Positions 1 through 12,700 of a stretch of DNA of 64,000 bases are shown here, one piece after another. Under the pieces are notes generated by a model, which did no database searches, was not told the DNA's origin, and worked only from the letters and a program-made list of their open reading frames with translations. The position numbers were made by a program, and so were the translations under genes. Within the stretch, counting starts at the first letter, position 1. Each line of letters starts with the position of its first letter. Location: positions 6,696,001 through 6,760,000 of the forward strand of contig CP158635.1 of NCBI GenBank assembly GCA_050273025.1. The letters run 5' to 3'. The stretch is from Cenococcum geophilum (taxonomy: Eukaryota).

Positions 1-947
1 GCGATGTATGCATCCCCGGAAGCGGGGCGTTTTCACGGAACGCCATCCTCAGCCGCCCAGCCAAACCCCCACGTTTTATCTACGCATCGGCTCTTCAATC
101 CCGTTTGCTATTTCTTTTTATCACACAAGACAACACCGAAAACACGCGTCCTCGCATCACCGAATGCCTGAAACAGATTATTGGACTACTGGCTGACAGC
201 TCTGGCGTTCATTGGTAGATATGCGCGAACATTTTGTCATCGATCCCCTCATCTCCAAGCGACAACAATTGCTACTAGCAACGCAGCTATGCAGAATGGT
301 CCTGAAGGTACGTCGGCGTTTGCTGCAACATTTTCCTTGCCTTGAACAACACCAACAACTTTTGTTGGGGTTCCCAATATCCCAAATAAATCCCCTTCGC
401 ATGTCCCCAAAAAAGTAAAAGACCGAAACAATCGGCCGTCCCTTACATCCCTTTCCTCCCGTTCCCCTTTCAGCACCGGAAACACAACGCAAACGCCACG
501 TACGTGGTACCCGCGCCCATGTGATCCCGCACCTCCACAATCCTCCACCTCAAGCCTTCTCATATTTCCCGTCTATTTCCTTACCTCATGCATTCGCACA
601 TACTCGCCTATTAGCGAATGGCGGTGCGCACGCGCCCCTTCCCCGCTCCCTCCCGCCTTGCTGCTCGTATCGCACCCCGTGGCTTGCGCCATAGTTTGCG
701 CACTAACACCCTTTGGCGGCATGTTGTGTAACCGTGCGTACCAGGTCAATAATGTAATTATCGCCGGAAGCGACGAGAATGAGTTCTGAGCGGCGGAGTG
801 GGTGGGGTGGAGCGGAAGAAGGCCAAGCTTTGAGGGAGCTAGCTCCGCTGAGGTTGGGATGCTTGGGATTGGATGACTACGGGGCTGGGCGGGGTGACTC
901 AGATGTTAGATCCCTCTAGGTAGTTGTAGAAAATGTGCAGACTGCAC

Positions 948-1385
948 TTAATGTGGCATGGTGACGCTCAATGTCGTGATTGTCGCGTGGGTTTGACTGA
1001 TAGCTGTCAAAGCTGTTAGAACGCGAGCGACACTGATGGCTATGCCATTGAGTCTCTTCTCGAGTTTAAGAATGAAATCATTGATGTTTACACTGTTGTA
1101 TTCGTTAGTTTGATGACGTATCCGGGAGTAAGGTGCTCGAGTTTGGCTAGGTGTTGTCAAGGATTTGCGACAGATGAGGCAGCGGACTGCCTGTCATTAC
1201 GTCATAATATCAAAAAGGGGATGTTTGCGTAGTTGGCATGCATTTTGGCTACACGGCAAGACTGCGCTCTGATTTAGATTTATCGAGGCTCTTAAGTAGT
1301 GATGGCATCGGAAGAGGAAAGGCGATTGATCGGATGTGGTTGGAATAGCGTTATGTATCTGCATTTTGAAGATCGATGCCATCAT
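948..1385 (-). pseudogene. Possible degenerate RING-finger gene relic
   Basis: ORFs 1197-1385 and 948-1160 are in frame across TAA TGA. Read-through gives FRCHHYL...AVLPCSQNACQL...**QAVRCLICRKSL, resembling eroded RING spacing (CxxC...LPCxH..CxxC...CPxCR). Confidence 0.3.
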
Positions 1386-4206
1386 GTTTTATAATCACCC
1401 TCACGACGTCAAAGTCGAAAATAAAGAATGGACACTGCGAAAGCCGTGCTATATTGAGGATGGTACTTTCCATTGGGTTGGAGCTGTAACTTCTACATTA
1501 AGGAGTAGAATGAAGAAAAAAAATTATCGGGACATCGTGCAACCCTCATCAATAATCATTATCTGAAAACCCCGCTGGCTACCAACTAGACGACACAATC
1601 TGGAAGTCACTGTTACATTTTCCCTCAGTCACTGCTGTGCAGCACCAGGGGGGCTGAGATGTCAGCAAAGCATCGCCTTGTTCGCGTCTGCCGTTTTCAG
1701 CTGAAAAACTTCAGCAGTCGGGAGCGGTAAAGAGCGAAGATTCTGTCAGCAACCATTTGATTTGTGAGTATTTCTTATATTAGCACAGCGGGGGAGAAAG
1801 ACGTGTTCTCAATTATGTAAATTGGCTAACCCGTGAAAATGTCTCGAACGTTTCGTTTTTCTTTCACATGAAAACCCGACTTTTACCCACCTCTCGCCCG
1901 ACATGCTCCATATAATAAACTTTTCGTACGAAAAACGTTGAGATTGAACGGTTCCACATATATTCCGATTTTTCTAGAAAGTTGCAAGTCGCGGCTGCAA
2001 TGCTGTTCTGGGTGTTCGTTCTCCGCTTTGTACCGGAGATTAATCAAGTCCTTCGGTTCGTGCCGGCCCGGCGCTTGTATTTTCGTGGATCTGAGATCTA
2101 TGGTCGGAAAGACCCACAAACATTACTCTCAAAGTAAACATTACGATAATAACGGTAAAGAAAAAGTAGTTAGCTGCACGCCCCTTCGAGACATCCTTAT
2201 CTTATCCCTCGTTCCTGCATATGGATGAAAAAGTGTTAGCCACAGCACGCGTCACAAGGAAATATCACCCCATGGTCGTGCCACAAGATCGAAACCATCC
2301 CAGTCGCTATCGGCCAGAAGAAGCGGAGGAAGTCATTGTTTTCTTTGCGGGAGCCCAGATGGAAAGAGTGACATGGTGGCGAAACGGTCGTCCAAGTTGG
2401 GCATGGTCAGCCCTATGAGTTCTTTGAACGCCGCGTGCAGCACTGTAGATCCGGGGTAAAGAATCTTTTCTTCGACTTTCCAGACATGGCTGTTCCTGGC
2501 ACGGCCAACAGTTTTGAGTTTGCGCGGCGCCGGGCTATGTTGTTCAAGAGTGGCTGGCGGAACCATGTTAGCGGCGCAAGAGTGCGCGGACAACATTCCG
2601 GGCGGAGAATTTAGGTTGGGGAAAATGACGCACCGAAAAGTTCCGTCGAGAGGTGGAGGAATTCGAGAAACCCAACGGAGCCTTGGGCACGCGTCACCAG
2701 CCCCGACGCGGTGTTGCTGTCTGGAAAGGAATCCCCCCGAGGACACGGTAATTGCAGAGGATGCGTTGCAGGGAAGATATATGAGAAATCACAACTGACC
2801 CTGGCCACCTTCCCAGCAGCCTTTTCCAGGTCGGACTGTGAGCCAAGCATGGCACACGCCGCAGTCCTTTAGACGGTAGTTTTGTTCACGCGAATCTAAT
2901 GTATCGTGTTATTCACGTGTCAGATTGGAGACGAAGCGGACGGGCTCGGGGTGGGAGCCGACGGGCGGGTGAGAGAACATACAAAGGCCACCAGATAGCG
3001 GATTAGGAGTCAGCAGATGGCATACCGAGGCAATGATGGCCAGCGGAGGAACTGTCGCTGATGAGGCGCACGTCTACAGGGGAGTGGGGGCAAGTGTTTG
3101 AGGCTTGGAAGCGAGACGCTGCGGGGAAAGCTTAATCATTCTTATGCAAAGCGCAGATGACGTTGCAAGTTTCGACATCGCCATCTGCTGACCCGGACAG
3201 CACTACACTTACCATATCATTCTGTTTGCTTGCTCGATGGGGTGATCCGTCCTTTGGTCATGGCACCTAGGAGCCACTAACGCCAAACATTCCCGCCCAT
3301 AATACGGCATTCAGTAAGGCGCAATCTCAGTGGTGGGATGCGAAGGGGAAGGCGGGAAGGCATACGCACCTATCGCGCGGGAAGGCCTTGTGGCAACAGG
3401 AAAACCTGGCTCGCATGAGACGGGGAATATCTGCATGGCTTTCAGAGGGATTTTGTGACATACCGAAACCATCAATACGATTTCTTGTAATGTATGCACC
3501 GTCCGCGGTCTGGCAGCTCGTTGCCGGCAACTGTGCCGAGTTTTCCGCTGGCTGTTGTCCCAATCATCAGTCAGATCCGAATCAGCACGGATCGACGCGA
3601 CATTCCAGGAAATTCCAGCCGGAAAACCATAGTAAAGTTCGTATTTACCATGGGCGAGACATTATGGGGTTTTATCAATCCACGCACCTTCCTTTTCGCT
3701 GGCGCTCGACTCGCGCGAACTGCCGTGTTAGATTAGGTTATGCCTGCAGGTCTTAGCGGCGGCGGTGCCTCCGCTTCCCAAGGGTGGAATCTCTATTAGC
3801 ACTTGCATGAAACCACACCTGCTAGCGCTGACTAGGAGGAACTTCACTTCTGGAATGCGGAAAGCCTATCATCAAAACACATTAGTAGATGGAAATGTCT
3901 TGAAGCCAGTCGGCGTGCCGACCTCATCGGGTAGCATACTCATCTTACGGTGGGATTCCCGACAAAACGCCACCGACATTTCTCCTCTGACGGAGGTAAC
4001 TCCTGTGGCCGGGTATGGCGTTGAGCATTCAGCGCATGTTGGGATGAACAAGCTGTGCCGTGCAGGTTAGTGAGTTTGTGGAGATGACACGGAAATCTGC
4101 ATCTACCACCTTAGCAACAGATCCACCACGGTACATCCATCGAGGTCCAAGTACCAGCACGTATGGAATTGCTATGTATAAGATATGTCCTAAAGCCTCC
4201 CCATTG

Positions 4207-5701
4207 TCAGCAACGAATCACCCACACGGGACGTAAGCCATTACTTATTCCCAGAGAATTGGCACACTTCTTGCATGTTTCCGAGCGAGTGCCTGCGCCA
4301 TCCCGCTTCCTAGTGTCCTTAACGTTGGAGACGTCTATAGTGTCTTTACAGCGGTCACATTTGATAATAATACTGAGACTCACAAGCTGAAGTAATTTGT
4401 GACTTTCTGTCAGATGCCCCTGGTTCGGCTTCCTCTTGCTCTTCACCGCTGTCATCGGTGTCAGATCCAAACGAGTCGTTTGTATCCTTGGCATCATAAT
4501 CGGCAATGTTCCATTCAGGGGGTCTAGGGATTGTACTTACGGGGCGCGATCTGGTACTTCGTGCGGAGGCAGTGTGGAGTTATCATCACTTGAACGAGGG
4601 TTCGACAATCCTTGGGCTATTTGAGCTGTCGTTGGCTGCGAATAAGACTGCGGTGCATTGCGAGGGATTTCGAACTTTGTGATCTGCTTCTGAGTAACCA
4701 TAGTATGCATGTTCTGTGAAAGGTAATTGACGTGGTTCGTGGGAGTCATTTGAGGGTAATGCAGGACTCTTTTTTGAAAAGCTCTCTCAACATTCGTTTT
4801 TGCTTCGCCGTCAACACCCCTAAGCTCGATCCTACATGTCTCTAGATTGTAAAGAGCAGGGACGATGAGACTGGTGGTATTGATAGCTTTGAGATCCCCG
4901 GGAAGCTCTAATGCGTTACGAGGTTCAATAGGCACCGTATATTCTAGCCCATTAAGAGATTTGGTGAACTTAGGTAGCCTCCCAAGCCTGGATTCTAGCT
5001 GGCGGGTTTCAGCCTCGCGTCTGGACTGTGCTTGTGCTTTTTGTTCAGCGCTATAAGTTACAGGTTGGTTAGAAGCAGACGGCTGCGACTCCGCTATTGT
5101 TGGGAGGAGGTGTGGAAGTTCATATTTCAGGAGAATCCCAGACGGGGGCTTCTCTGGTTTTCTAAGATTGGATATGATCTTAATGGTGGCTGTTTTTTGC
5201 GCCACCAAGGGAGCTTCAAGTTGCTTATCCAGGGCATCAATATGATTCAACAGGGTGGAGGCACGAGCGTTTGCAACTATCGCATCGAATCCCCTCTCGA
5301 CATTGATTTGATAGCCTCGTTCCATACCGGGATTTTTTACTTGGCTTACCACTTTCAGAGTAATCAAACGGGACGCGGAGGACGCAGTCAAGCGCCTCGA
5401 TGTCAAAGGGGGAGTCAGGGTCGGTGAGCGCATCCGGGAGTTGGCATAGTGCCATCACTGTCGTTTTGCCCCCTTAGAGAAAATCTCCGACGGATCTGCG
5501 ATAATTGAAACCTCTTGGATCTTCAATTTGGGCCTTTGGCATTGGCCGGCGAGCATTGCGAGAGGTATCGATAGACGGGGCGACAAATTGACTACCTGCA
5601 GTGGGTGTATCTTGCGGAACCTGGCGATTAGGAACGGTATCTGTCACGACGGATCCGTGATGGACCCGAGACGGCTGTGATCGACGTTGGGCATGCTGCA
5701 T
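4207..5701 (-). CDS. Multi-exon hypothetical protein, possibly pseudogenised; 3' exons uncertain
   Basis: The 298-aa ORF 4537-5433 ends at a GTAAGT donor (4540). A phase-compatible 73-nt intron, 5349 (GTAAGC) to 5277 (TAG), joins the upstream frame 5701-5350, which contains one TAA at 5476-5474. A CxxC-containing ORF lies at 4207-4506. No recognised domain. Confidence 0.45.
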
Positions 5702-7940
5702 GGCGCCAGCGGTCTGGTGAGAGGATCGTGAGCTGTCGTGGACAAAGGGGCAGGAGTCGCCGGCTCTGCAGGCCGGGTTATTGGAAGAAAAACAAACAAG
5801 TCAGCTCGCCGAGTTTGTGGACGGCAGTGACATTGTCACATTGAGGCTGGGCAGGTGATGCGACCCCCACGGGGCGACCGCAAGAGGAAGATGAAGCGAC
5901 AAATGAAATCACGGGAAGGCTGGCAGAAGGGTGACGGAGAATGACTGAGGAATGGCGATGGGGTCACTTGACGGGAGGCGTCAGCATTACCGGACTTTGA
6001 TTCAAAATATCGATAGAGCAGCTTCGGCTTCGCGCGCGGTGGCGCAGGGCCCTGTTGATGAGGCTGAGGAGCTGCCAACTCAGCGGTCGCGAGCCCTGAA
6101 CACCATGAGCAGATGACCCATTTGCAGCGGCTAGCCAGCGCCAGCGCATCACATCAACATACCGGGCAAGCCATGGACGGGGGCGCTGCGGTTGCCTGAC
6201 GGAGAGCTGCGGTCGCCCGGGCATGATAGGACGTTGTTTTTAGACGGAGTGATGAATGATAAAGATTGGCGCGGGACTGCAACCTGGGGCGATCCGGGGT
6301 AGGGCAGTGACAGGAGCTCTGCCCCGGGCCGACTCCCTTTGGTCAGCAGGTCGTAATTGAACAACGGCTGCTCTGCCTGGTGGCGCCGGCAATCAATCGA
6401 TTGCAGCGCTGTAGCACACAGTGTGCCTGGAGCAGTATCTGAGACGCAATGGCGAACGGGAAGAGAAGTGGCACGCTGGCCGTGACGCTCTCGTCACGCT
6501 CTGCAACCTGCGAATGCTGAAACGGCGTGAGAGCGTAAGAGAGTCACAGCGAGTCCAGCTCTTTAGAACCCTTCGAGCCCTTGGGAGCGTCCGCCCGGGC
6601 AAAGCAGCAGCCGGGCGATTTGACTCGTAAGGCTGCATTTGCGAGCCGCCCAGGCGCTGGCAATGGAAGATCTTCACGATGCGCTTCACGCGGCCGCCAC
6701 TGCTCCGGCCCCGCTGGACCCTGGGAAGAGAGCGCTCTCACGAGGCAGTCTGGCAGCGTCGTCGTCGCCGTCGTCGTCGTAGCATGCGCCGCAACTAGCA
6801 GCCAGCAAGCCCAGAGATGACGGCACCTTTAGACTCTCAGAGTAGTCAAAAGTAGTCGAGCACACCACACTTTGACTTTTTCCTTTTGCCATTGCCTCCC
6901 TGCTTTTCTGGTATTGCTTTCCGCGAGCTATCAAAAGAATGTTCGAGCTACGTGAGTAATGCGAATGCCCGCTGGGCGATGTGAGAAATCAACCATGTCA
7001 GGAGTTGTGACACGATGATTCAAGCATTTGCGGCAAATGCCCAGGCGCACCGTCGCGACTTGCCCTCGCGTTGCCCGTTACGGCTCTGGCGACCGCTCCG
7101 GCGGCGGTTGCAAACAGCACCCGGCCATTGGCGCCGGCCATGCATAAAAACGTACAGCACAAGCTGCATAAGCGCCACTGGGCATCCCGACTTCTGTGAT
7201 GATTCAGAAGAGCGGTAAAGCAGAGCTTGTTTTCATGTGCTCGTCGCTCGTATCAAGGTTGTGGTTGCATCTTGTTGGGAATTACCAAAGCCGATGGGGG
7301 AGAATGCTTCTGGCGACTAGCAAGGAAAAGAGAGCCTAACGTGTGCCATGCTCGACTCATCCGCACATTCCATGGTCTCAGCTGAAAGCATTAATGTTCA
7401 AGTTCTGCTTTTGATTAAGTACCTAAACTGATTACCTTCTACTGGTTGTGAGGTAATAGCTAGAGCTTTCGACGACGGTGGAGTCGTCAGCTGCCCTCGC
7501 CTTGCGCAACAGGGTATATCGGCTCCACCCGAAAGCCCCATAAAAGTACAATGTGAGTAATAGTACACACCAAACGACGGAAATACGCTCAGCGCACATG
7601 TGAGACCCAATACAACCCAGCGCGAGCCAGTGACGTATCTCCAAAGTAAAATGAGCCGCTGCCGTCCGAAATGAAAAGATGAAGCAGAAAAGTCATAGCC
7701 TCATTGGCAATAGCAGTGCCGGAAGTGGTATCAAGAGATTTTGAGCAAAAACATTACCCACAATTGAGCCTCCCGTGCAGCCGTTGACACCGAAAGTGAA
7801 AGAATAACCCAGAAACGCCAAAATGTGTCATTACGCAGTCCGTAAATGCCGCCCAAAACATAATGATTGCAATGATTCAATGAAAAGTACAGGAAAACAT
7901 CACGGGCTTCGCAAAGTGCCCGTGGCTATGCTAAAGGTCA

Positions 7941-9726
7941 CTACCATCCTTTTTGGTGGTATTCCTGGAGGCCTTGGTCAAAGTATTCGTTGTATGAGGA
8001 ATTGTTCTTTGCCATATCTCGGTAGGCAGATGGTTTGCCGGTTCCTTCCCGCTGAAAAACATTCATGCTTTTAATATCGCTGGTAGTCATTGCGCGTCGA
8101 AGGGCTGGGTTAGCAGCGATCGCGCTCTGATGTCGCTTAAGCACAGCATTATTAGTCGCGTTCTTCTGCTGGCGTTCCCACAACAGGTGTTTGCGGAGCG
8201 ATTCGGTCAACTCAGTTTGAAGCATGTTCCTACGTGTGGTGCGAGGAGATAATGCTGGCGGATGCGTGTTAGAAGTTGTCATGATAATGGGTTTCGAATG
8301 AGGAATCTGAGTTGACCGCATCATTAGACCACTGTCTTCCTGTGGAGACGTAGCAAGTGAGGGTCCGTTTGGTGATGAAGTGCGGGATCTACGCATAGCA
8401 GGAGTTGATCGTGAAGCTGCGTTCTGAAGGGCCTGAGCCCGGTCTCCTTCGTGCATTAGAGTAGTTAGGAGAGATCGATGCGAAGTGAGATTCGGCCTCG
8501 AGTCAACCCGCTGGAACAGTTCCCGGTCGTTGACACTGGATGGACCACTGGCGTCGTCGTCCTCCCACTGGTCCTCATCATCCTCATAATCATCGTCTTC
8601 AATGGCGTTGTCATCCGAATCATCCTCTTCAGACTCGCTGTCAGTCTCAATTGCTTCGTCGCTTTCAGACGACCTATTATCCTGGATTGTTCTCGTAGTG
8701 ACCTCGTCCTTGAAAGAGGTCGTCTTTCGGTTGAACGCTTGCTTCTTTAGGCCATCGGAAAGGGAACTGTGCTTTGCCAGGTACATCTGAGTCTCGAAGG
8801 AGCTATTGTCACCTTCGTCTGAAGAACCGCCGAGTGTGAATACAGGAGCCTTCTTCTTCGCTGGCTCCTTCGGGAGGGCTGCTGCCTTTAGGATAGGTGT
8901 AGGGGTCGATAGTTGCGTCTTAGAGCGGATAGAGGAAGAAATACGACCTATCGAGAAGCCATGCACGATGCTATGCGAGCTGAGATCGGTGGACGTGCTG
9001 ACGTCCGAACCCACAGGTGGGCTCATACTTGATCCGTCGCTGCCAATAGCGGTGGCTACGGTGGATGTGGAAGAATCCGGTGCGATATGAACAGTAGGTG
9101 GCGGTGATGATGGGCGAGGAGTGGTGTCTTCGCAAGGCCCCGTCCCATGACGAGGAAATATTTGAGATAATTGTGGTGGCAAGGGTGAAAGCGGCTCCAG
9201 ATTCTTCTTCTCTTTGATCGAATTCACAATCTTCTCCAAATCAATCGGTGTGATGTGCTTCTCCCTGCCTCTACTCCGGCTTTCAGTAGAATCCTGTCTT
9301 CGAATTTGTGGCCTGGATGAGGTTGAGTCTGAGCGTGAGGTATTTGCTGTGCGAGCACCGTCTGAGTTTGATGATTCGGAGTCTACACTTGATGAAAGGC
9401 CCGGCACATGAAGGTCATTTGATAGCTTGCGCATCAATGACCACCGCGGTGAAAAGACAGTGTTGTGATCAGGTGCGCAGCAGAAGGTTTCGCGGTTCCA
9501 TAGCCTCCAGCTAAGGTTTTCGTATCGCTTGCCATCCTCCATCGACTCTGCGCATTTCGAGAAAACTGGATTCACCGTCAGTAGGCAATTCACAAGTCCG
9601 GCGGGCTGCACAGCACAGGAACTCACCAGACCATAGCCCGAATAGATTCTCAGCGTTGCGGGTGTCGATTGTGTGCATGGAGCTGGGCTCTACCCGCACA
9701 ATGGGGTTTTCTGAGCGAAAGGGCAT
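7941..9726 (-). CDS. MKS1: Mks1-like DUF1752 + DUF3295 protein (negative regulator of Ras-cAMP / retrograde signalling family), 574 aa, join(9726-9627, 9565-7941)
   Basis: N-terminal LFGLWSVFSKCAESMEDGKRYENLSWRLW motif (DUF1752) and C-terminal SPRTTRRNMLQTELTESLRKHLLWERQQK...EYHQKGW (DUF3295). A 61-nt intron GTGAGT (9626)...CTGAC...CAG (9566) restores the frame. The symbol is family-level, not proven orthology. Confidence 0.88.
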
Positions 9727-12700
9727 TCTAACAGCGCTGGGGGCGTCGCTGGGCGCCGTAGTTGTTATGAAGACGGTCGAATGGCAGAGGTGGCTGTTTT
9801 CGTCGTGGGTAGTATTCCTGGTGGTGATGATTGCGTCAAGATCGGCAGGCCTGTGGAGGAACTTGAGCCGCGGCGAGCAACGGAAGATTCACGCGGCAAG
9901 TGCGAGGCTCCGTAATCATAAGTCGGACAGCGGGCGGAAGGCTGGTCGAAAGAACGCTGGGAGCGTCGGCCTGGAGCGTAGCAAGTGTGTGCTTGGTGGT
10001 ATGGAGAGGAGGTTTGGGTTTGGGCGTTGGTGACGGTCTTTGTCGGAAAGGGCAAGCCTGGGGGTGGGCGGAAAAGGTGCTACATAATAAATCCGGCAGG
10101 TGTGGGCTGGCGGTGCGACTGTCTCCCACTGTCTCTCCCACACCACAAGCCTGCTACCGGAACTGTGGGACGAGGCGTTTGCGCATGGGCATGGGACAGT
10201 GCATGGGCGCATGGACATGGGCAGAGCATGGGGGTGATGGCGCTGGGGGCAAGGGCGAGTGTTGGCCAGGGTACCTACCACCTTGTACAAGTGATGTGTC
10301 GGCCAGTACACGCGGGACCTACCTCGGGCTTCCCCCAGAAGCGTGCGACTACTGGACTACTGAACCAGAAAGGCCGCTCCGGCCAAGCATCGACACCGCT
10401 CCTCGTCTTAGACGTTGCTGGCCACTCGGCACCGCAGCAAGCCCCGTTTTGCGCGCTACACTACGGCATCTCAGACTCGCGCAGACTCGCGACTCTTTGA
10501 GCATCACTGAGTCGGCGCGTCTGCTGGTGTGCTTTATCTCCTTTGGGGCGCTGCGGAGGGCAGGAGGCATTGCCTCAGCCTGAGCGCAGAGGGGCTGCCG
10601 GGAAGCCAGATTGGGCCAAAGCGAACGGGGGGCTCAGCCTTTGCGGACGGCGGTCTGGGCGTGGGGATCACGTCACGAGGCAGGCCGTCAAGAAGGTTTC
10701 TCTTCCAGAAGCCCCGGAGAGCAACGCTGACTCGTCGCACCGCCACTGCTGGAGCCTCTTGTCATTCATATCTGATTCATGTGCTCTGCTATCGACGCTG
10801 CCTGTGTGCCTGCGTGCCTCTACATTTTCAGCAGCACAGGCATCGTGGCCACCACGAATACGGCCGAGCTGAGCAGCGCGTCAGGGTCCATCAATCACCC
10901 ATATTAGCCTCTCACGGCGCGTCGTGCTCCGCCCGTCACCTGAGCGCCGCCTGTCGCTCCGCCGCAGGCATTGGTTGCACCGGAAACCAATGATACCTTG
11001 CGTGAATCATGATACCGCTAAGTCAGCCGTACTGTTACAGACGTCCCAAAGCGGTCACTACGAGGGGGCAGGGATCTGCATCTTCAGTGTCTGCGAATTT
11101 AACCTGCCTACTAACTATAGGTACCTCTCATTGCCCTCCGCGCCTTTTTCTTTTTCCCTCTTCCGAGCTCTCCCCGGTGGGCTGCTGACCCAACGCGAAC
11201 ACGACGGTACTTCGGCAATACTTGACTCTCACGTGTCCGTGCAGTTCGGACCCTTGGGCAGCGACGAGCCCCGTTTTATTGAAGCTTAATAGCCTCAGGA
11301 TCCGCGTTATAGAGATTCCAAATGAGCTGCGTTGTTGTCATCCATTCGAAACGCGACGCCGCGAAAGAGGCGTCACATGCTTGGCCGGCTTTTCTCGTCA
11401 GCGGCCAAGAAAACCTGTGTTCTGGTGACTTTCTCCTTTAGGAAGGCCGCCTCCTCGTCTGGCGGATCAATTCTACCCAGGTGCTGCTGGTTTTGAGAGC
11501 GAGAGGATTCTGCTGCCAGCGGCGACAACGAAACAACGGCCATGGCTAACCTTTATGATTGGCGAGTGCAAAACGGCCAAATCTCACGCGTGCGACGGCC
11601 CGCGCGAGACTGTTGGTTAGGTTTGTGCGGCGGAGCGTAGCACGGGGTATTTTGAGATTCCCGTTTCTCGTGTCAGTGGGGTACTTTCACCTTGAGACAT
11701 GCTGCCCCAGCTTTCAGCCTGGGGGCTGGGACTTCTCGAGTCACCGAGCGGACAACGAGCGCACTGCTGTTACGGGCGCAGAGGTACAAGTCTCTACCAA
11801 TAATGCTACGTCAAGCCTTTACAAAAAGGCCTTCTCCCTCGAGGTCATCTGCTAAATTGCACCGAATCGCTTCGCAGCACAGGAATCATGTGCAACCCCA
11901 ACCCTCTTCTCGACGCGGCATGATATCGCAAGGCACAGCCGGTTTCATGCGTTGTACAGCTCGCAAAAGTGATAGCCATCGCCGGACGTTTATCAGGAAC
12001 ACTGCGTGGCCTCCTGCTACAGAGCCTGTTCTCTTCGAGCAATAAGCAGCGCGCTGTCGCTACCGCACTCCGAGTTCCTGATCTCCAGGAGAAGCAGATG
12101 ACCTATGTCCTCTGCAGACTTCTGCCCAGATTAGGCTCGGCATCAGATTCACCGCGTTGCTGAAAGGGTGGCGATTCCCAAAACCCCCGGCGAGGTTGCC
12201 TGGCAGGTCTACCTCCCAACCTTGTGACCAGGGCAAGACTTTACCAGTTGTTACACGGTCCGCGGGTCCGGAAGGGAGTTTCGTGTTGGTTTCTACCCCA
12301 CAAATACCCGGCCCACCCAGAAGATCGCCACCATCCCTGGAGTCACTCCTAAGCCCCTACTTTTCGCGGCCCCAGAATGTTCGACCGCCCAGCCTCCCAA
12401 GCTGCATTTCTGACATGTGCTGATCAGGTCCAGAGCGATATGTGAGAGACAACCCCAGGGCGAGGCCTGAGACTTTTCGTCACTGTTTCCTTGTGCGCAT
12501 TTCTGGAGCAGAAATGTACTCTCAATTTCTTCCTCCATTTCTGGTTACAGCACTGATGAATACATGTCTTACCTTCCACTCCAGGAGTCTCTCGTGAGTC
12601 GCGCGATATGAGCCTAAACGGTAGGATCCGAATGCTCATTTGGCCTCCCCGGACCCAAGCTCACCAAGAAATTAGTAGGACTTAGCTCGCTTTCTTCCCT

